Of a stretch of DNA of 32,427 nucleotides, positions 31,992-32,427 are shown piece by piece (within the stretch, counting starts at the first letter, position 1; the number at the start of each line of letters is the position of its first letter). Both the position numbers and the translations under genes were made by a program. This DNA is from a virus, in IMG/VR virus record IMGVR_UViG_3300000298_000020, positions 1-32,427 of that record; one strand, given 5' to 3'. The notes under the pieces were generated by a model. It was not told where the DNA came from. It saw nothing but the letters and a program-made list of their open reading frames with translations, and searched no databases.

Positions 31992-32427
31992 CTACATCAC
32001 CGCCTTGACGTATTTAATCGCCTCAATGTACTCTTTTCTGTACTTTTTGTTTCTTGCGTGCGTTTCGTTTACTTTTTTCTCAAAATCCGCTATCGTTCCG
32101 AAAAAGCAGCCGCACCGGACATAGATGTCTGTCGCGGTTTTGAAAAAATACGTACAGCCGAGACGTGAACCTATACGGTCAATTTTTAAAAATCGGAGCG
32201 TCGTTTCGGACATGCCTTCATATTTTATCCCCTCGCCGAAGCTACACCTCTCGCCGAAGCTACACCTCTCGCCGAAGCTACACCCCTCGCCGAAGCTACA
32301 CTCCTCGCCGAAGCTACACCACTCGCCGAAGCTGCACCCCTCGCCGAAGCTACACCTCTTGCCGAAGCTACACCCCTCGCCGAAGCTGCACCACTCGCCG
32401 AAGCTACACCTCTTGCCGAAGCTACAC
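31992..32427 (-). CDS. C-terminal part of Cys-containing hexapeptide-repeat protein (paralog 2)
   Basis: In frame with the listed ORF 31992-32213. Upstream, the same frame reads (E/K)xCSFG repeats, then [80 protein letters not shown]. The C-terminal domain is paralogous to that of 30694-31289. Confidence 0.75.
   Translation of the reverse strand, partial: CSFGKRCSFGEWCSFGEGCSFGKRCSFGEGCSFGEWCSFGEECSFGEGCSFGERCSFGERCSFGEGIKYEGMSETTLRFLKIDRIGSRLGCTYFFKTATDIYVRCGCFFGTIADFEKKVNETHARNKKYRKEYIEAIKYVKAVM
32234..32427 (-). repeat. 18-bp tandem repeat array (10 full units plus one partial; 12 units after circular closure)
   Basis: Units start at 32234 and every 18 bp up to 32414. The consensus is gccgaagctacacc-n-c-n-c. 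Confidence 0.92.

Larger units (their letters stand above)
1..32427. mobile_element. Complete temperate tailed-phage genome on a circularly closed contig (29-nt terminal redundancy)
   Basis: Contains integrase, cI-like repressor, attP with tRNA 3-prime fragment, recombination/replication module, terS/terL, portal, capsid and tail genes. Positions 1-29 are identical to 32399-32427. One ORF is continuous across the ends only when that overlap is removed. Confidence 0.85.

Overview
The window is one complete temperate tailed-phage genome assembled as a circle. The first 29 nt are identical to the last 29 nt, and removing that overlap (unit length about 32,398 bp) restores a 186-aa ORF across the ends. 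Nearly all genes are on the minus strand.

Reading leftward from a repressor-controlled early promoter near 6500, the layout is:
- Early control: Cro-like HTH and small RHH proteins.
- Recombination and replication (5633 to 1408): annealing-protein candidate, PD-(D/E)XK exonuclease, NinB/Orf-like, SSB, ERCC4-type nuclease, and an initiator gene with internal iterons.
- Accessory/DNA-modification block, wrapping the contig ends (1397 to 1, then 32427 to 29739): C5-MTase, two hexapeptide-repeat paralogs, GNAT-like ORF, Cys-rich ORF, N6/N4-MTase.
- Late regulator: ArpU/DUF1492-like.
- Late operon: terS, terL, portal, scaffold, capsid, tRNA-Gln, head-tail and tail genes, a 1201-aa protein, an Mtd_N-like fibre.
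- Three membrane proteins at the lysis position.

The plus strand carries a cI-like repressor, a tyrosine integrase, attP with a tRNA 3-prime fragment, one small RHH gene and an AT-rich moron inside the tail module.

Features the ORF track does not show:
- A 76-nt tRNA-Gln(UUG).
- Four or five sub-60-aa ORFs.
- Promoters, operators and terminators.
- Three frame-broken accessory genes, plus one that looks N-terminally truncated.

Most unusual observations:
- A paralogous pair of beta-helix-type repeat proteins. One has a 12-unit Cys-ladder array whose variation is confined to two codons per unit.
- No recognisable endolysin.
- A control region containing three RHH genes.

No searches were run. 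Product names rest on motifs I recognise and on gene order.
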